Positions 15,795-16,257 of a stretch of 16,257 bases of DNA are shown one piece after another (the first letter of the stretch is position 1; each line of letters opens with the position of its first letter). A model generated the notes under the pieces. That model saw nothing but the letters and a program-made list of their open reading frames with translations, did no database searches and was not told the origin of the DNA. A program made the position numbers and the translations under genes. This DNA is from Chlamydiales bacterium. Its GTDB lineage: Bacteria > Chlamydiota > Chlamydiia > Chlamydiales > JBDQID01. The DNA lies in the NCBI GenBank assembly GCA_047611865.1, contig JBLFWS010000064.1, positions 1-16,257 on the forward strand, read 5' to 3'.

Positions 15795-16257
15795 ATGAGT
15801 AGTTTTGGGGAAATAAGTAGAAACCCACCACCATCCATCATTAGTGGAGCTTGGGATGCTGACAAGAAAGAACTTGTAGTCAAAAAGGGTGGTCATGCCT
15901 TTAAGGTTCTGACTCTTGATAACCTTAAAGAGACGGACATGAAAGGAGCTAATGTCCAAGAAACAGCAACTAAAATAGCCAAGCTGTTTATGAAATATCA
16001 AGACACAGCAGCCGGACTTGGAATTGCAGGAGTCGGGAAGGAACTACAAGAAGGTGATACTCTCAGTGCAAAGGAACTTTCAAGAGAAGGTGGTACTTTA
16101 ATCGACCACCAAGCTGAAGTGGCCGCCACCTGCGCCAAGATTATGAAGGATATTCTAGGCCATATTCATGGTACAGCAGGATCTGATGGAGAAAGCACAG
16201 GAGGAGCAGTTCCTGGCGGAACTCCCCATAGTCCTCAAGGAGGAACTACAGGAGTCG
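15795..16257 (+). CDS. Hypothetical protein, 3'-truncated; candidate type III secretion substrate
   Basis: Not in the ORF track because there is no stop in the window. AAAGGGA SD at 15781-15787, ATG 15795, open for 154 codons to the window end: MSSFGEISRNPPPSIISGAWDADKKELVVKKGGHAFKV...GSDGESTGGAVPGGTPHSPQGGTTGV. Confidence 0.75.
   Translation, partial: MSSFGEISRNPPPSIISGAWDADKKELVVKKGGHAFKVLTLDNLKETDMKGANVQETATKIAKLFMKYQDTAAGLGIAGVGKELQEGDTLSAKELSREGGTLIDHQAEVAATCAKIMKDILGHIHGTAGSDGESTGGAVPGGTPHSPQGGTTGV

Overview
AT-rich bacterial chromosomal window with no phage, transposase, RNA gene or CRISPR array that I can recognise. It is most likely from an environmental member of the Chlamydiota; this is an inference from a stand-alone nqrF with CGGKATCKQC / GGAGSSFGRSHI motifs and an effector-like ORF at the right edge. 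Gene order: comF (5'-truncated, +); small charged helical protein (+); a three-gene overlapping operon of a MerA/Lpd-like flavin disulfide oxidoreductase, a DedA/TVP38 protein and a CDP-alcohol phosphatidyltransferase (+); a ~660-bp non-coding element; a degenerate class IV aminotransferase/PabC-like gene and nqrF (-); an NSS-family Na+ symporter and htpG (+) with a terminator; an MscS-family channel (-); a 1202-aa secreted repeat protein with a C-terminal FGE/SUMF1 domain (+); and a 3'-truncated Ser/Pro/Gly-rich ORF (+) that the ORF track omits. The most unusual feature is the intergenic element at 3768-4430. Five concentric inverted-repeat pairs make almost the whole stretch one giant fold-back. 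It is bounded by TA dinucleotides. Three of the pairs carry a mini-hairpin in both arms (GAA or AAA triloop on the left, TTC on the right), each with a different stem sequence, and the outermost left arm carries a fourth. It looks like a nested, 'Russian-doll' non-autonomous REPIN/MITE-like element.
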